This document shows positions 12,771-32,814 of a stretch of DNA of 64,000 bases, piece after piece. This stretch comes from Malacoraja senta. Its lineage: Eukaryota. The notes under the pieces are model-generated. The model did not search any database and was not told where the DNA came from. It worked only from the letters and a program-made list of their open reading frames with translations. The position numbers and the translations under genes were made by a program. The DNA lies in NCBI GenBank assembly GCA_038087875.1, contig JAXLNO010000385.1, forward strand, positions 744,001 to 808,000, read 5' to 3'. Numbering within the stretch: position 1 is the first letter of the stretch; each line of letters starts with the position of its first letter.

Positions 12771-15689
12771 TCGCCTGGATAGGGAGAGAGAGGGGAGGGG
12801 GGAGAGTTGGAGGCACCGTGCCGGCCGAGGCAGGTCGCGGGGAGAAAGTGCAAACTCTGTACAGACCCCGCCCGTGGTCTGTATCCGGCACTGTGAGGCA
12901 GCAAATCTACCACTTGGATTTAAGGAAGGGCACCTGTAAATGCGGGAATAAGGGGAGGGCACATGTAAATATACCTTTAAACGTCCTATCCGTGTACATG
13001 TCTAAATGTTTGGCCAAATGACAAACGTGCCATTGAGGTCCGCCCTCGTTCTTCTAAACTCCAGTGGGTACAAGCCCAGTACCGACAAACGCGCATCTCT
13101 CTCTCTCTCTCTCCCTCTCTCTCTCTCTCTCCCTTCCTCTCTCTCTCTCTCACGCTCCCTCTCTCTCTCACCCTCTCTTTCTCCCCGTCTCGCTCTCCAT
13201 CTCCCTCACCGTCTCTCTCCCTCCTCATCCCTCGCTCTCCCTTCACCTCTTTCTCCCTTCCTCCCTGTCTATCTCTCTCTCTCTCCCTCTCTCTCTCCCG
13301 CTCTCTCTCTCCGTCTCTCGCTGTCAATCCCGCTCTCTCTCCCCCTATCGCTCTCTCCCCCTCCCCTCCCCATCTCTCTCTCCCTACCGGTTTCTCTCTC
13401 CCCACCTATCTCTCCCTCCTCTCCCCGTCTCTCTGTCTTCCTCTCCTGCCCGTTACTCTCTCTTTCTCTACCCCCCACCCGTCTCCCTCGCTTTCCCGTC
13501 TCTCTCACTATCTCTCCCTTCCCTCCCAGTCTATTTCTCTCCTCCACTCCCGTCTTTCTCTCCCTCCACGTCTCTCTCCCTCCTCTCTCCGCATCACTCT
13601 CTCTCCGTCTCATTCTCTCTCCCTCCCCGTCTATCTCTCTCCCTCCCCGCCTATCTCTCTCCCTCCCCTCCCAGTCTCTCTGTCTCCCTCCCCTCCCCGT
13701 CTCTCTCGCTATCTCACTCTCACTGTATCTATCCCTCTCTCTCCATCTCTCTCTATGTTCCAGTCCCTCTCTCTCCCCCCTCCCTCCCCATCTTTCTCTT
13801 ACCCTACCCGTCGCTCTCTCCCTTCCCTTCCCTGCCCCTCTCTCTCCCACACCTCTTCCTCCCTCACCTCCACGTCGCTCTCTCTCGCTCCCCGTCTCCC
13901 CCTCGCCCTCCATGTACTTATCCTTAGAATCCTTATCATGATGTAAGGCTACTTATTATAAGGACATCAATCGACATGGTGTCAGAGTGTACGGACTTAC
14001 TCCTCAATTGATTCTATTTCTTTATCTTGGTTTGTTATTTTTCTACTGTGGATAATGGATTCTGCTCTGAGGAAGCCAGGGATCGGTGTTCGATGCAGAT
14101 CTTGCAGAGCGATGGCGTGTGTTTGAAGAGGATTTTTCAATCTATGTTGAGGCTCCATTTCCTGCTGCTGATCCTGCTCTTCGTGCATTAATTCTTCTCC
14201 ATTTGGCAGGCACTGAGGCTGCTCGTCGTGCCAGAAGATTTCACCATGCACCGGCTAGAGTTGATGCTAACGGTGATCAAATTGCTGTGGAGTCTAGCCG
14301 TGATCCTGAATGTCTCGTACGTAAATTCTGACAATTATGTGAGTTACAAATTAATGTAAGCATGGAACGCCATAATATTTTTCAATGTGTCAAAAACAAG
14401 GAGAACCTGTTGAACTACATGTTAATGCGCTGAAGCATGTCGCTAGTCGATGCGATTTCAGAGAGATTCAATATAGTCTTGTACGGGACCGCTTAATCTA
14501 TGGCATATTGAATGATGAGTTACGCGTTGAATTACCGCAGGAAGTTGACCTGACTTTAGCGGCTGTTGAAAACCGCTGTCGCATAGCTGAACTGCCTGAT
14601 GCTCACATTCAATCTCTTGACACTCTGCTGCTCGTGAAGGTAATGCGGCCAGCTTGTCTTATCAAACACCTGCTCGCTCGTCACAGGGGCCAGCTAATAA
14701 CCTAAGATTGATCGCTAATTGTTTTAACTGTGGGGGTTCACATATTCCAGTTCGGGACCGGTGCCCTGCGTATGGAAAACTGTCGATTCTGCAATAAAAG
14801 AAACAATTTCGTCAAATGCTGTCGTTCACGCAGTGACAGATTTCAAATGAGACAGTCTGTCAACTCGCCAAACCATAATGAATATTCAAGCTCCCAGTTC
14901 GCACACCTAGTTCCCATGGATGTACAAACAGATGGCAATAGTGCAGAGATTGATGTAAATGCTTTGTCTAATTCATTGCACAACCGGCTAGATCCCAAGG
15001 TTGCATTTCTTATTAACGGTAGAACCCTTTATCTCAAGGTCGACGGGGGCGCGCTGCAATGTAATCTCTTTGGCTGTCTTCCAGATGCTGAAAAACACAG
15101 AAACTTTAACTCATACAACTGCATCACTTGTCTCATTTGATGGTTCTCGACTACACCCTATCGGCCAAGTAGAGTTACGTTGCTGTCTCAACTCACGTGA
15201 TCACATCCTGGATTTCTACATGGTACGCGGGAAGGTACCATCCATACTGGGTGCCAATGTATGCCTAGACATGGGTTTGGTTTCTTTCGGCCCTTCTGTC
15301 TGTCCACTGTCTACAGACTATGATTTAACACATCAAATTCTAACACAATACAAGGATTTGTTTAATGGTAAGCTGGGCAAGTTGCCTGTTAGATCCACGA
15401 TTACTATTGACCCTGAGGCAATCCCAGTTGTTCGTCCGGCTCACAAGATTCCCCACGCTATGCGGGATCGCGTTCAAAGTGAACTTAATAGAATGGTGAC
15501 TCTGGGTGTGATTACTCCATAAGTGACCCCTCGGACTGGGTCTCCACAATGGTTGTTTCTTCTAAGAACAACAGATGAGATACGGATCTGTATCAACCCC
15601 AAGGACCTAAATACAGTAATTAAACGGCGCGTTATCCTATGTGCTCTGTGGACGATATTGCGGCGCAGAAGGCTGAAGCAACTGTATTC

Positions 15690-16032
15690 TGTATAGGACG
15701 ACAGATGGCGCAATGGGCTAAGTGTTCGGCTGGCAACCGGGAGGTAGCCGGTTCGAATCCCGCTTGGAGTGCATACTGTCATTGTGTCCTTGGGCAAGAC
15801 ACTTCACCCACCTTTGCCTGCGTGTGAATGTGTGTGAGTGATTGGTGGTGGTCGGAGGGGCCGTAGGCGCAGATTAGCAGCCACGCTTCCGTCAGTCTGC
15901 CCCAGGGCAGCTGTGGCTACAGAAGTAGCTCACCACCACCGAGTGTGACTGAGGAGTGAATGAATAATGCGATGTAAAGCGCCTTGAGTATTAGAAAGGC
16001 GCTATATAAATCCAATCCATTATTATTATTAT
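15690..16032 (+). mobile_element. tRNA-derived SINE, AFC/CORE-like with L2-type tail, inserted in Gypsy RT
   Basis: Box A TGGCGCAATGG, box B GGTTCGAATCC, TGTGTCCTTGGGCAAGACACTTCACCC, tail TGTAAAGCGCCTTGAG...GAAAGGCGCTATATAAAT(TAT)n, TATTC on both sides; RT reads EATVF|TVQDAK across it. Confidence 0.9.
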
Positions 16033-17185
16033 TATTCACAGTGCAAGATGCCAAGAGCTCATTCTGGCAGATTCCACTGGAACATAACTCCTCCAAGTTG
16101 ACAACTTTCAGTACTCCGTTCGGACGTCATAAATTTCTGAGGATGCCTTTTGGTATAAGTTCTGCCAGTGACGTATTTCAACAATCCATGGAACAATTGT
16201 TTGTAGGATTCCCATGCTCCATCGTAGTGGACGATATCCTCATTGCTGGGAAAACGGTCAAGGAGCACGATGCCAATCTGACAAAAGTATTGAGGCGTGC
16301 AGATGCCATCCATCTCAAGCTAAATCCTAAAAAAATGCAAATTCAGAGTGAATGAGGTAAAATACTTAGGCCATATATTTACCAAAGACGGCCTAAAAAC
16401 GGATCCAGCGAAAACCAGTTGCAATTAATGAGCTTCCAGCACCCACAGATGTGCTCAGTTTACAGAGGTCCCTTGGCATGGCTAACTATTTGAGCAAATT
16501 CATTCCAAATATCAGCCCCATTGCGCCATCTCACACACCACCGAATCTGCTTAGACCTGGCATGAGCAACAACAGACAGCATTTGACATTCTTAAACGGC
16601 AGATGTCGGCACCCCTACTCTAGCGTACTTTGATCCTAGACTGCCTATTACTGCCATGTGCCATGTGCGCCTCACAACATGGGCTACGCGCTGCATGCCT
16701 TCAGAATGATGGCCATGGCAATAAACCTGTCGCCTAAGCCTCGCGAACCATGTCTGACACAGAACAACGATTCGCCCAAATCGAAAAAAGAGCTGTTTGC
16801 GGTTGTGTTCGCCTGCAAAATGTTCAACGATTTCATCGTTGGTCGCACTATTACAATTAAAACCGACCACCAACCTCTTATCAGCATTTTCAATAAACCT
16901 ATTCATAACTCCCCAGCGCGCCCACAACGGATGTTACTACAACTTCAAAAATATGACATCGTCCTAACCTACAAATGTGAATGGATATGCACCTGGCGGA
17001 CACTCTTTCACATGCATCTCGGATGACCTGCGACGATCTGCCCTCCAGGATGATGACTTTATCGTGATGAATGTATCCTTCATCCCTTCATCTTGGATGG
17101 AGGACCTGGTTGCCCAGACTGCCAGCTACAAGACCCTCACGTTTGCTAACTTCTGTCATTAAGCACGGCTGGCCGGATGATACTC

Positions 17186-17823
17186 AGACGTGGCGCCGAC
17201 AGACAAGAAGCCGAAGCAAAGAAGTCGAAGCCAAAGAACCGAATGGGAACGAGGCCGAAACGCCAATAAACCGAAAGAGTCCGAAGACGAAACGCCTACT
17301 AACCGAAAGACGGGATGCCTATGTGCAAACTAACCCAAAGGGCGGGACACATAAAAGCCAACGAATCGAAAAGCTGCGACGCCGTAAAGCAAACTTACCG
17401 AATGGACGTTTCTGTCAAAACGCCACCTACCCGAAAGGCGGCGTCGCCAACAAGCCTAAGGACCGACTGCCGCTCAACAGAAAAGTCCAATAACGGACTT
17501 GTCAGCGATTTGTCCAGACCCCCGCGTCCATCACATCACTGTGAAGGCATCAACATTGTCCCAAACCTCCGCTCCACCCGACCCGCAGCCCACGGAGGGT
17601 GGCCGTGGGAGAATGGCGGCTGTTACGAGGAATGCACACATTCGGCCGCTTTCAACTTGGTGCTTGGGTTCAGATTGCCCAGTCACCTATGGCTTGTGTG
17701 GGAAAATGAACCCCACGCTCCCGTCTCCCCCTTCTCTCTCCCCTCTTCCTCTCTCTCTTCTCTCTCTCTCCCTTCTCTTTCTCCCTTCCTTCTCCTCCTC
17801 TCTCTCCCCTCATCTCTCTCCTC
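17186..17823. other. GC-rich insert with periodic CCGAA motifs replacing Gypsy integrase core
   Basis: Pol homology stops after HGWPDD and resumes at TLPVAEQTL; paralog at ~28720-29387. Confidence 0.6.
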
Positions 17824-18484
17824 CTCCACGCTGCCCGTAGCGGAGCAAACATTAACCACACATGTGTTTCCGCCAAAGGAGGTTCAATCCAGATTGCAAC
17901 AAAAGCGTGACGTTCAAAAGATATGGTTCGACAAGACGAGTAAGCCACTGCCACCATTGACCAAAGGACAGGTGGTCCTCTTACAGACTGACAAAGGCCA
18001 TGATCGTATTGGGGTGGTGTCTGCTCCCACTTCGGAGCCACGCTGGTACATTGTTAGAGCCGATGGCGGCACCTACCGACGCAACATCTTCTGGCTGTGA
18101 ACGAGTCAAACCCTCCTCCATATTATCCGGATCGTACAAGTTCATTTCAATCTGCATCTAGTGACCCCCGCATGCTCTTGCCAGCACAACAATCCATGCC
18201 TGCGACAGTTCCTCTGTCTGTTCCATCTTCGCCTGCGGCACATTCTCCTGCTTCGACTCCAGGGACGTTTGTCCACTGCCCCACGGCGGTGACATCGCCT
18301 GCTCCTTCCCCAGAGAAAAAGAATGGAGAAGGCCTCTATCGTACACGTCCCGGTCGTGTTTGCAGGCCGGTCGTGATGTATCCGGACTATGTTTCACTTT
18401 CCACCAGTCTGTCATCGGTTGTGATATTTGCTTTGCTTTGCTTAGTTATGGATATACATCGTTATTGATTCATTAAGAGGGTGA

Positions 18485-18670
18485 TGTAGATTCGTGGCTC
18501 ATATTATGTCTTGCATTTGTAGTTACGCCCACTAGCTTGTTAACGTCGCGGTCTGCTGCATTTCCGTTAGTCTTAAATTGAACTCCTAAGTGAGAAGTTG
18601 TAGTGCTTGTAACCAATAAACTCTATATAACCTGACATGGTGTAAGGCCATTGTTATTATAAGGACTACA
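18485..18670 (+). repeat. 3' LTR of Gypsy A
   Basis: TGTAGA...CTACA termini, preceded by a purine tract, contains AATAAA; its 3' end matches the remnant at 13937-13970. Confidence 0.8.
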
Positions 18671-18691
18671 AATTAACAATCTCGAACTCGT

Positions 18692-18824
<133 letters not shown>

Positions 18825-19350
18825 TTCATTCATTCATTCAACTCGAACTCGAAATCTATCTCGAACTCGAACTCGAATTCGAACTCGAACTCGAATTCGA
18901 ACTCGAACTCGAACTCGTACTCTATCTCGAACTCGAGTTCGAGTTGGACTTGCGGGCGGAGCACCAAGGCAATTTCCTTGTGTAAAAAATACTTGACCAA
19001 TAAACGTATTCATTTATTCATTCAATCAACTCGAACTCGAACTCGAACTCGATCTCGAACTCGATCTCGAACTTTATATCGAACTCTCTGTCGAACACGA
19101 ACTCTATCTCGAACACCATCTCGACCTCGAACTCTATCTCGAACTTGAGTTGGAGTTCGATTTGCTGGCGGAGCACCAAGGCAAATTTCTTGTATGAGAA
19201 TACTTGGCCAATAAATTCATTCATTCATTCATTCATTCATTGAACTAGAACTCGAGCTCGAACTCGAAATTGAACTCGAACTCGAATTCGAATTTGAACT
19301 CTAACTGTATCTCGAACTCGAACTATCTCGAACTCCAACTCCAATTCGAA

Positions 19351-20810
19351 CTGGTCGTGTTCGAAAAAACCTGTGCGGATCAACTGGCTGGAGTTTTTAC
19401 GGATATTTTCAACCTCTCACTTCTGAGGTTCGAGGTTCCCACCTGCTTCAAAAGATCATCAATTATGCCGGTGCCCAAGAAGAGCAAGCTGACGTGCCTC
19501 AATGGCTATCGACCAGTGGCACTAACGCCTGTGGTGATGAAGTGCTTTGAGAGGTTGATCATGGCGCAAATCAAATCCTACCTCGACAAAAATCTGGACC
19601 CACTGCAGTTCGCTTACCGCCACAACAGATCAACGGTGGATGCGATCTCGCTGGCCCTCCACTCCGCTCTGGACCACTTGGACAACACAAACTCATATGT
19701 CAGGCTGTTATTCATTGATTACAGCTCGGCATTTAATACAATCATCCCCTCCAAGCTGGTTACAAACTCGCAGAACTGGGTCTCTGCGCATCCCTCTGCA
19801 ATTGGATCCTCGACTTCCTCATTCACAGACCACAGTCTGTTCGTATTGGTGGAAATGTGTCAGACTGGATAACATTCAGCACGGGAGCACCTCAAGGCTG
19901 CGTGCTCAGCCCCCTGCTGTACTCACTCTATACTCATGACTGCGTAGCCGGTCATATTGCGAACTCCATCATCAAGTTCGCTGACGACACCACTGTTGTG
20001 GGACGTATCACTGATGGGGATGAGTCAGAGTATAGAAGAGAGATCGAGCAACTGTCCATATGGTACCAGCACAATAACTTGGCCCTCAACACCAGCAAAA
20101 CCGAGGAACTGATTGTGGACTTTAGAAGGAGTAGGATGGGGACCCACAGTCCCGTTTATATCAACGGGTCGATGGTTGAAAGGGTCAAGAGCTTCTAATT
20201 CCTGGGCGTGCACATCTCTGGAAGATCTTTCCTGGTCCGAGAACACTGATGCAATTATTAAGAAAGCACATCAGCGCCTCTACTTCCTGAGAAGATTACT
20301 GAGGGTCAGTTTGTCAAGGAGGACGCTCTCGAACTTCTACAGGTGCACAGTAGAGAGCATGCTGACCGGTTGCATCGTGGCTTGGTTCGGCAACTTGAGC
20401 GCCCTGGAGAGGAAAAGACTACAAAAAGTAATAAACACTGCTCAGTCCATCATCGGCTCTGACCTCCCTTCCATCGAGGGGATCTATCGCAGTCGCTGCC
20501 TCAAAAAGGCTGTCAGTATCATCAAGGAACCACACCATCCTGGCCACACACTCATCTCCTGCAATGACCAGGTTCAGGAATAGCTACTTCCCCACAGCCA
20601 TCAGGCTTTTAAACTTGGCTCGGACAAAACTCTGAACATTAATAGTCCATTATCTGTTATTTGTACTTTTTACGTAGATAATGGTATATGGACATACGGA
20701 TCTGTTTTGTAGTCAATGCCTACTATGTTCTGTTGTGCTGAAGCAAAGCAAGAATTTCATTGTCCTATCAGGGACACATGACAATAAAGTCTCTTGATTC
20801 TTGATTCTTG
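19351..20810 (+). mobile_element. Rex1/Babar LINE, 5'-truncated
   Basis: [60 protein letters not shown]; tail TGACAATAAA(TTGATTC)n. Confidence 0.9.
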
Positions 20811-21000
20811 AACTCAAACTCTAACTCGAACGCGAAATCGTACTCTATCTCGAACTCGAACTCTATCTCGAACTCGAGTTTGAGTTCGACTTGCGGGCGG
20901 AGCACCAAGGCAACTTCCATGTATGTGAGTACTAGGCCAATAAACGTGTTCATTCATTCATTCAATTCGAACTCGAGCTCGATCTTGATCTCGAACTCGA

Positions 21001-21718
21001 GAAAAACTGTTTATGAAAAGACAGGGTGGGTATAATTTGAGAGGGGAAAATAATTTTTAAAAACACAATATCAGAACAACTTAAAATTATGTGCATAGCA
21101 ATCTGTGGGGTGAATTTGTGGAATGGTCTGGAACAGGAGATAAAGCTTAGCACAAACATAATTCAGTTTAAAAAGATGTACAAAAACACTTTTTTAAAAA
21201 GGATATTGGGATGAGGATAGGTGATTGTGAGTGGGATATTTGTTATACTGATTGTATCGGGAAGGGTGATTCTAGGGTGCTGGGTTGTATATATGACTGA
21301 GGGATACTGTATACTACATGAGGGGTTTTTCTTTTCTTTTTTCTTTTTTCATTCTTTTTTGTATGGCTTTGTAAATATTTGATTAGTGTATAAATGTAAA
21401 TAATTTGCTGTACATATAGCTGCTGGTGTACATATCAAGGCAAGTCAAGTCAAGTGAGTTTATTGTCAACATATGGTGTACATATAGCTGCTAAATATGT
21501 ATAAAATAATTATAAGCAGTTGAATAAGGGGGTGGGAAATAATAAGCTTTGGCTTCTTCCTGCTCCTTTTCGGACACATACGATTTCATTTATTTATAGA
21601 AATTGTTTATGACACTTTATAAATATTCTTGTTTTGTTTTTTTGTATGCTGTTTCACACGCTTTTTATTCTTTTATTCTGTTCGAAATAAAGAATTAAAT
21701 AAAATAAAAATAAAATAA
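21001..21718 (+). mobile_element. CR1-group (Crack/Daphne-like) LINE 3' fragment
   Basis: YNLRG...CGVNLWNGLEQEIK...QFKKMYK, AT-rich 3'UTR, A-rich tail. Confidence 0.65.
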
Positions 21719-22299
21719 GGTCTATCTCGAACTCGAACTCGAACACGAACTCGAACTCTATCTCGAACTCGAACTCGAACTCGCACTCTATCTCGAACTC
21801 GAATTCGAACTCGAACTCGAACTCGAATACGCGGACCAGCAAAGCAAATTCCTTGTTTGTGAATACTTGGCCAATAAATGTATTCATTCATTCATTCATT
21901 CATTCATTCATTCATTCATTCATTCATTCATTCATTCATTGAACTCGAACTCTATCACAAACTCCAACTCTATCGCGACATCAAAATCAATCTCGAACTC
22001 GAACTATCGCGAACTCGATCTCGAACTCGAACTGTTACTTCAACTCGAACTCTATCTCGAACTCGAACTATCTCGAACTCCAACTCCAACTCCAACATCA
22101 AATTGAACTCGAACTCTATCACAAACTCTATCTCTAACGAACTCGAACTCGAAATCGAACTCGAACACGGATTAGAACTCGAACTCGAACATGTACTCTA
22201 TCTCGAACTCGAGTTGGAGTTCGATTTGCTGGCGGACCATCAAGGCAAATTCCTTGTATGTGAATACTTGGCCAATAAATGTATTTATTAATTGAGGGT

Positions 22300-22751
22300 T
22301 ATAATAGCGCCTCTACTTCCTGAGAAGATTACGGAGGGTCAGTTTGTCAAGGAGGACGCTCTCGAACTTCTACAGATGCACAGTAGAGATCATGCTGACC
22401 GGTTGCATCGTGGCTTGGTTCGGCAACTTGAGCGCCCTGGAGAGGAAAAGACTAAAAAAGTAATAAACACTGCTTAGTCCATCATCGGCTCTGACCTCCG
22501 TTCCATCGAGGGGATCTATCGCAGTCGCTGCCTCAAAAAGGCTGTCAGTATCATCAAGGAACCACACCATCCTGGCCACACACTCATCTCCCTGCTACCT
22601 TCAGGTATAAGGTACAGGAGCCTGAAGACTGCAATGACCAGGTTCAGGAATAGCTACTTCTCCACAGCCTTTTAAACTTGGCTCGGACAAAACTCCGAAC
22701 ATTAATAGTCCATTATCTGTTATTTGTACATTTTACGTAGGTAATGGTATA
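22300..22751 (+). mobile_element. Rex1/Babar 3' fragment, runs into the gap
   Basis: Similar to 20275-20690 but keeps a segment that is deleted there. Confidence 0.85.
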
Positions 22752-22951
22752 NNNNNNNNNNNNNNNNNNNNNNNNNNNNNNNNNNNNNNNNNNNNNNNNN
22801 NNNNNNNNNNNNNNNNNNNNNNNNNNNNNNNNNNNNNNNNNNNNNNNNNNNNNNNNNNNNNNNNNNNNNNNNNNNNNNNNNNNNNNNNNNNNNNNNNNNN
22901 NNNNNNNNNNNNNNNNNNNNNNNNNNNNNNNNNNNNNNNNNNNNNNNNNNN
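22752..22951. other. Assembly gap (200 N)
   Basis: Run of N. Confidence 1.
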
Positions 22952-24079
22952 GAAATCGAAATCTACCTCGAACTCTCTCTCGAACTCGAACTGGATCTAG
23001 AACTCGAGTTGGAGTTCGAGTTACGGGCGGAGCACCAAGGCAAATGCCTTGTACGTGAATATTGGCCAATAAACCTATTCATTCATTCATTAATTTAACT
23101 CGAACTCTAGCTCGAACTTGAACTCGAACCCGAACTGTATCTCGAACTCTAACTATCTCGAACTTGAACTAGAATTCGAACTCTATCTCGAACTCCAACT
23201 CCAACTCCAACTCCAACTGCAACTTGAACTCGAACTCGAACTCTATCACGAACTCTATCTCTAACTCCTACTCGAACTCGTACTCTCTAGGATCGCAAAA
23301 TCGAGTTCCAGTTCGACGCGGGCGGAGCACCAAAGCAAATTCCGTGTATGTGAATACATGGCCAATGAACGTATTCATTCATTCATTCATTCATTCATGC
23401 ATTCAGTCAACTCGAACTCGAACTCTATCTCGAACTCGAACTCTCTCTCGAACTCATACTCAAAATCTATCTCGAACTCGAACTCGAATTCGATCTCGAA
23501 CTCGAGTTTGATTTCGACTTACGGGCGGAGTACCGAGGCAAAAACCTAGTATGTGAATACTTGGCCAATAAACGTATTCATTCATTCATTCATTTAACTC
23601 GAACTCGAGCTCGAACTTGAACTCGAACTCGAACTCCAACTCGAACTCGTACTATATCTCGAACTCAAACTATCTCGAACTCGAGTTTGAGTTCGACTTG
23701 CTGGCGGACCTCCAAGGCAAATCCCTTGTATGTGAATACTTGGCCAATAAATTCATTCATTCATTCATTCATTTATTCATTCATTCATTCATTCATTCAA
23801 TCATTCATTCATTCGTTCATTCATTCAACTCGAACTCGAATTAGAACTCGAACTGTATCGCGAACTACAACTCTATCTCGACATCGACCTCAATCTCGAA
23901 CTCGAACTCGAATTCGAACGGACTCCATCTCGAACTCGAACTCTATCTCGAACTCGAACTCGATCTAGAACTCGATCTCGAACTATATATCGATCTCTCT
24001 GTCGAACACAAACTCTATCTCGAACACCATCTCGACCTCGAACTCTATTTAAAACTCGAGTTGGAGTTCCACTTGCGGG

Positions 24080-27930
<3,851 letters not shown>

Positions 27931-27932
27931 AA

Positions 27933-30313
<2,381 letters not shown>

Positions 30314-30320
30314 ACTCTCT

Positions 30321-32814
30321 CGCACTCGTACTCATATTCATTCATTCATTAATTCATTCAACTCGAACTCTATCGCGAACTCGATCTCGAACTCGAACTG
30401 TAACTCGAACTCGAACTCTATCTCGAACTCGAGTTCGAGTTGGACTTGCGGGCGGCGCACCAAGGCAAATTCCTTGTATGTGAATACTTGACCAATAAAC
30501 GTATTCATTCATTTATTCATTCATTCTACTCTCTGTCGAACACGAACTCTATCTCGAACACCATCTCGACCTCGAACTCTATTTCGAACTCGTTGGAGTT
30601 CGAATTGCGGGCGGAGCACCAAGGCAACTTCCCTGTATGTGAGTACTGGGCCAATAAACGTGTTCATTCATTCATTCATTCATTCATTCATTCATTCATT
30701 CATTCATTTCGAACTCGAGCTCGAACATGATCTCGAACTCGAGAAAAACTGTTTATGGAAAGACATGGTGGGTATAATTTGCGAGGGGAAAATAATTTAA
30801 AAAAAGTCAATGACAGAACAACTCTTAAAAGTATGTGCACAGCAATCTGTGGGGTGAATTTGTGGAATGGTCTGGAACAGGAGATAAAGCTGAGCACAAA
30901 CATAATTCAGTTTAAAAAGATGTACAAAAACACTTTTTTAAAGGATATTGGGATGAGGATAGGTGATTGTGAGTGGGATATTTGTTATACTGATTGTATC
31001 GGGAAGGGTGATTATAGGGTGATGGGTTGTATATATGACTAAGGGATACTGTATAGTATATGTGGGTTATGGGTTGTATATATGACTAAGAGATACTGTA
31101 TAGTATATGAGGGGTTTTTCTTTTCTTTTTTCTTTTTCTCTCTCTTTTTTTGTATGGCTGTAAATATTTGATTAGTGTATAAATGTAAATAATTTGGTGT
31201 ACATATAGCTGCTGGTGTACATATGGTGTACATATAGCTGCTAAATGTGTATACAATAATTATAAGCAGTTGAATAAGGGGGTGGGAAATAATAAGCTTT
31301 GGCTTCTTCCTGCTCCTTTTCGGACATACGATTTCATTTATTTATAGATATTGTTTATGACACTTTATAAATAATCTTGTTTTGTTTTTTGTATGCTGTT
31401 TCACACTTGCTTTTTATTCTTTTATTCTGTTCGAAATAAAGAATAAAATAAAATATAAATAAAATATACTCGAACTCGAGCTCGAACTATCTCGAACTCG
31501 CTCTCGAACTTTCTCTCGAACTCGAACTCTCTCTCGAACTTTCTCTCGAACTCGAACTCGATCTCGAACTCTATCTCGAACTCGAATACGATCTCGAACT
31601 CGAGTTGGAGTTCGATTTGCTGGCGGACCACCGAGGCAAATTCCTTGTTTGTGAATAATTGGCCAATAAATGTATTAATTAATTAATTCATTCATTCATT
31701 CATTCATTCATTCATTCATTCAACTCGAACTCTATTTCGATCTCGATCTCGAACTCTATCGCGAACTCGATCTCGAACTCGAACTGTTTCTTGAACTCGA
31801 ACTCTACCTCGAACTCGAACTATCTCGAACTCCAACTCCAACTCCAACTTTATCTCGAACTCGAACTATCACAAACTCTATCTCTAACGAACTTGTACTC
31901 GAATTCGAATGAACTCGAACACGGATTAGAACTCGAACTCGAACTCGTACTCTATCTCGAACTCGAGTTGGAGTTCGACTTCCTGGCGGACCACCGAGGC
32001 AAATTCCTTGTATGTGAATACTTGGCCAATATATGTATTTATTTATTAATTCATTCATTCATTCTTTCATTCATTCATTCATTCATTCATTCATTCATTC
32101 ATTCATTCATTCGTTCGTTCACTCAACTCGAACTCGAGCTCGAAATCGAACTTGAACTAGAACTCGAGCTCTATCTCGAACTCGAATTCGAACTAACTGT
32201 ATCTCGAACTCTATCTCGAAATCTCTCTCTCTCTCTCGAACTAGATCTCGATCTCGAACTCGATCTCGGACGTCCTCGAACTCGGTCGAACTATATCTCG
32301 AACTCGAACTCTATCGAACTCCAACTCCAATTCCAACTCGAACTTGCACTCGAACTATCTCTTAACTCTTTCAGGAACTCTATCTCGACCTCGAACACTA
32401 TCTCGAACTCTAACTCTCTCGAACTATATGTCGAAATCAATCCCGAATTCCAACTATCTCGAACTCGATGTCGAACTCGAAATTGAACTCGAACTCTTTC
32501 ACGAACTATCTCGAACTCGAAGTCGAACTCGAACTCGAACTCGATCTCGAACTAGATCTCGATCTCGAACTCGATCTCCAACTATATCTCGAACTCTATC
32601 TCTAACTCGAACTATCTCGAAGTCGAACTCTATCTCGAACGCGAACTACCTCGAATTCGAGTTTGATTTCGACTTGCTGGCGGAGCTCCAAGGCAAATTC
32701 CTTGTTTGTGAATACTTGGCCAGTAAACTTATTTATTCATTCATTCATTCATTCATTCATTCATTCATTCATTCAACTCGAGCTCTATCTCAAACTCGAA
32801 TTCTTATCTCGAAC
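30321..32814 (+). repeat. Composite satellite block 2
   Basis: Same core, hexamer and (ATTC)n units. Confidence 0.95.
30741..31467 (+). mobile_element. Duplicate of the Crack/Daphne-like LINE fragment
   Basis: Same 5' junction (CTCGAGAAAAACTG) and sequence as 21001-21718. Confidence 0.7.

Larger units (their letters stand above)
11580..13915. repeat. Alternating polypyrimidine/polypurine low-complexity tracts with CR1 fragments
   Basis: C/T-rich ~11580-11990 and 13095-13915, G/A-rich ~12100-12510; spacer motif GAGGGCACCTGTAA...TATACCTTT recurs at ~11425, 12915, 24540, 25175 and 27590. Confidence 0.9.
13935..18670 (+). mobile_element. Ty3/Gypsy LTR retrotransposon copy A, decayed; 5' LTR mostly lost; integrase core replaced
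   Basis: PBS TGGTGTCAGA at 13977; gag from 14054 with CCHC knuckles ~14717-14825; protease KVD(T)GA; RT INPKDLN, RMPFG, VDD; RNase H TDHQPL; purine tract before the 3' LTR. Confidence 0.92.

Noticed and set aside
11157..13946. Long S/L/P-rich or R/E/G-rich ORFs (also 24800-27630)
   Set aside because: Stop-free by composition of the CT/GA tracts
15696..15770. tRNA gene
   Set aside because: It is the SINE head, continuing into a core and L2-type tail, with no poly-T terminator
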